From Candidatus Omnitrophota bacterium (GTDB lineage Bacteria; Omnitrophota; Gorgyraeia; Zapsychrales; Zapsychraceae), in NCBI GenBank assembly GCA_050250375.1, contig JBFWOS010000003.1:559286-623285 (forward strand): a stretch of DNA of 64,000 nt, given 5' to 3'. The stretch's first letter is position 1; each line of letters begins with the position of its first letter. Below the pieces are notes generated by a model, which worked only from the letters and a program-made list of their open reading frames with translations, was not told where the DNA came from and made no database searches. This document shows positions 63,977 to 64,000 of this stretch, in pieces. Both the position numbers and the translations under genes were made by a program.

Positions 63977-64000
63977 GGCTTCCCCTTCCTGGACGATTCT

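Noticed and set aside
21455-63932. About 150 plus-strand ORFs of 60-200 aa reported by the ORF track inside the giant-gene span (e.g. 29873..30370, 40541..41131, 45026..45565, 52544..53122, 61142..61549)
   Set aside because: All are antisense to, or out of frame with, the single 42.6-kb minus-strand frame that carries dense recognisable catalytic motifs. Their translations are low-complexity or Arg/Ser/Pro-rich, typical of antisense reading of GC-rich coding DNA. No RBS or domain support.
21362-63976. Possibility that the giant ORF is an annotation artefact of many adjacent genes
   Set aside because: Separate genes would not share one frame for 42.6 kb without a single stop. Enzyme domains follow one another with short linkers and no start codon, RBS or stop spacing. 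Mis-assembly is still possible and is flagged separately.

Overview
The 64-kb window splits into two very different parts. Bases 1–21,310 are an ordinary housekeeping neighbourhood using the standard genetic code. It contains tRNA-Pro(TGG) with a terminator, an AsmA-like envelope protein, and a minus-strand run of rdgB, rph, queF-queE-queC-queD, murI, an Amidase_3 cell-wall amidase, a secretin and a MerR-like regulator. The rest of this part holds an orphan CheY receiver, a CPBP-protease/TPR fusion, an RsmB/F-like methyltransferase, a MarR regulator, a type IV prepilin-like gene, a secreted TPR/coiled-coil protein, and mutS-mutL. Bases 21,362–63,976 (67% of the window) are one uninterrupted minus-strand reading frame of at least 14,204 codons. 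The frame is still open at the window edge, so the gene probably continues upstream. From sequence motifs this giant ORF carries a near-complete alpha-glucan (glycogen/GlgE-type) enzyme set: a GH13 alpha-amylase-family domain (possibly GlgE-like), GH77 MalQ, GlgB, a CBM-like module, GlgA, a NagB-like deaminase, a HAD phosphatase, and an alpha/beta-hydrolase. It also contains a duplicated HExxH zinc-peptidase-like module, an M23 peptidase, a GlnD-like nucleotidyltransferase with two ACT domains, a SAM-methyltransferase-like domain, a fold-type-II PLP enzyme, a P-loop ATPase with SecA/SF2 features, many transmembrane segments, and two C-terminal tandem-repeat arrays. Fourteen copies of a roughly 45-nt element that is nearly identical at the nucleotide level (encoding R-S-L-T-x-E-T-K-V-T-I-G-E-S-E-T-E) punctuate the ORF, often just before transmembrane helices. 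This looks like a membrane-anchored multi-enzyme giant protein or polyprotein that has not been described before. All domain calls are from reading motifs by eye, not from database searches. The organism cannot be named from the sequence; giant-gene-bearing uncultivated lineages such as Omnitrophota are a guess only.
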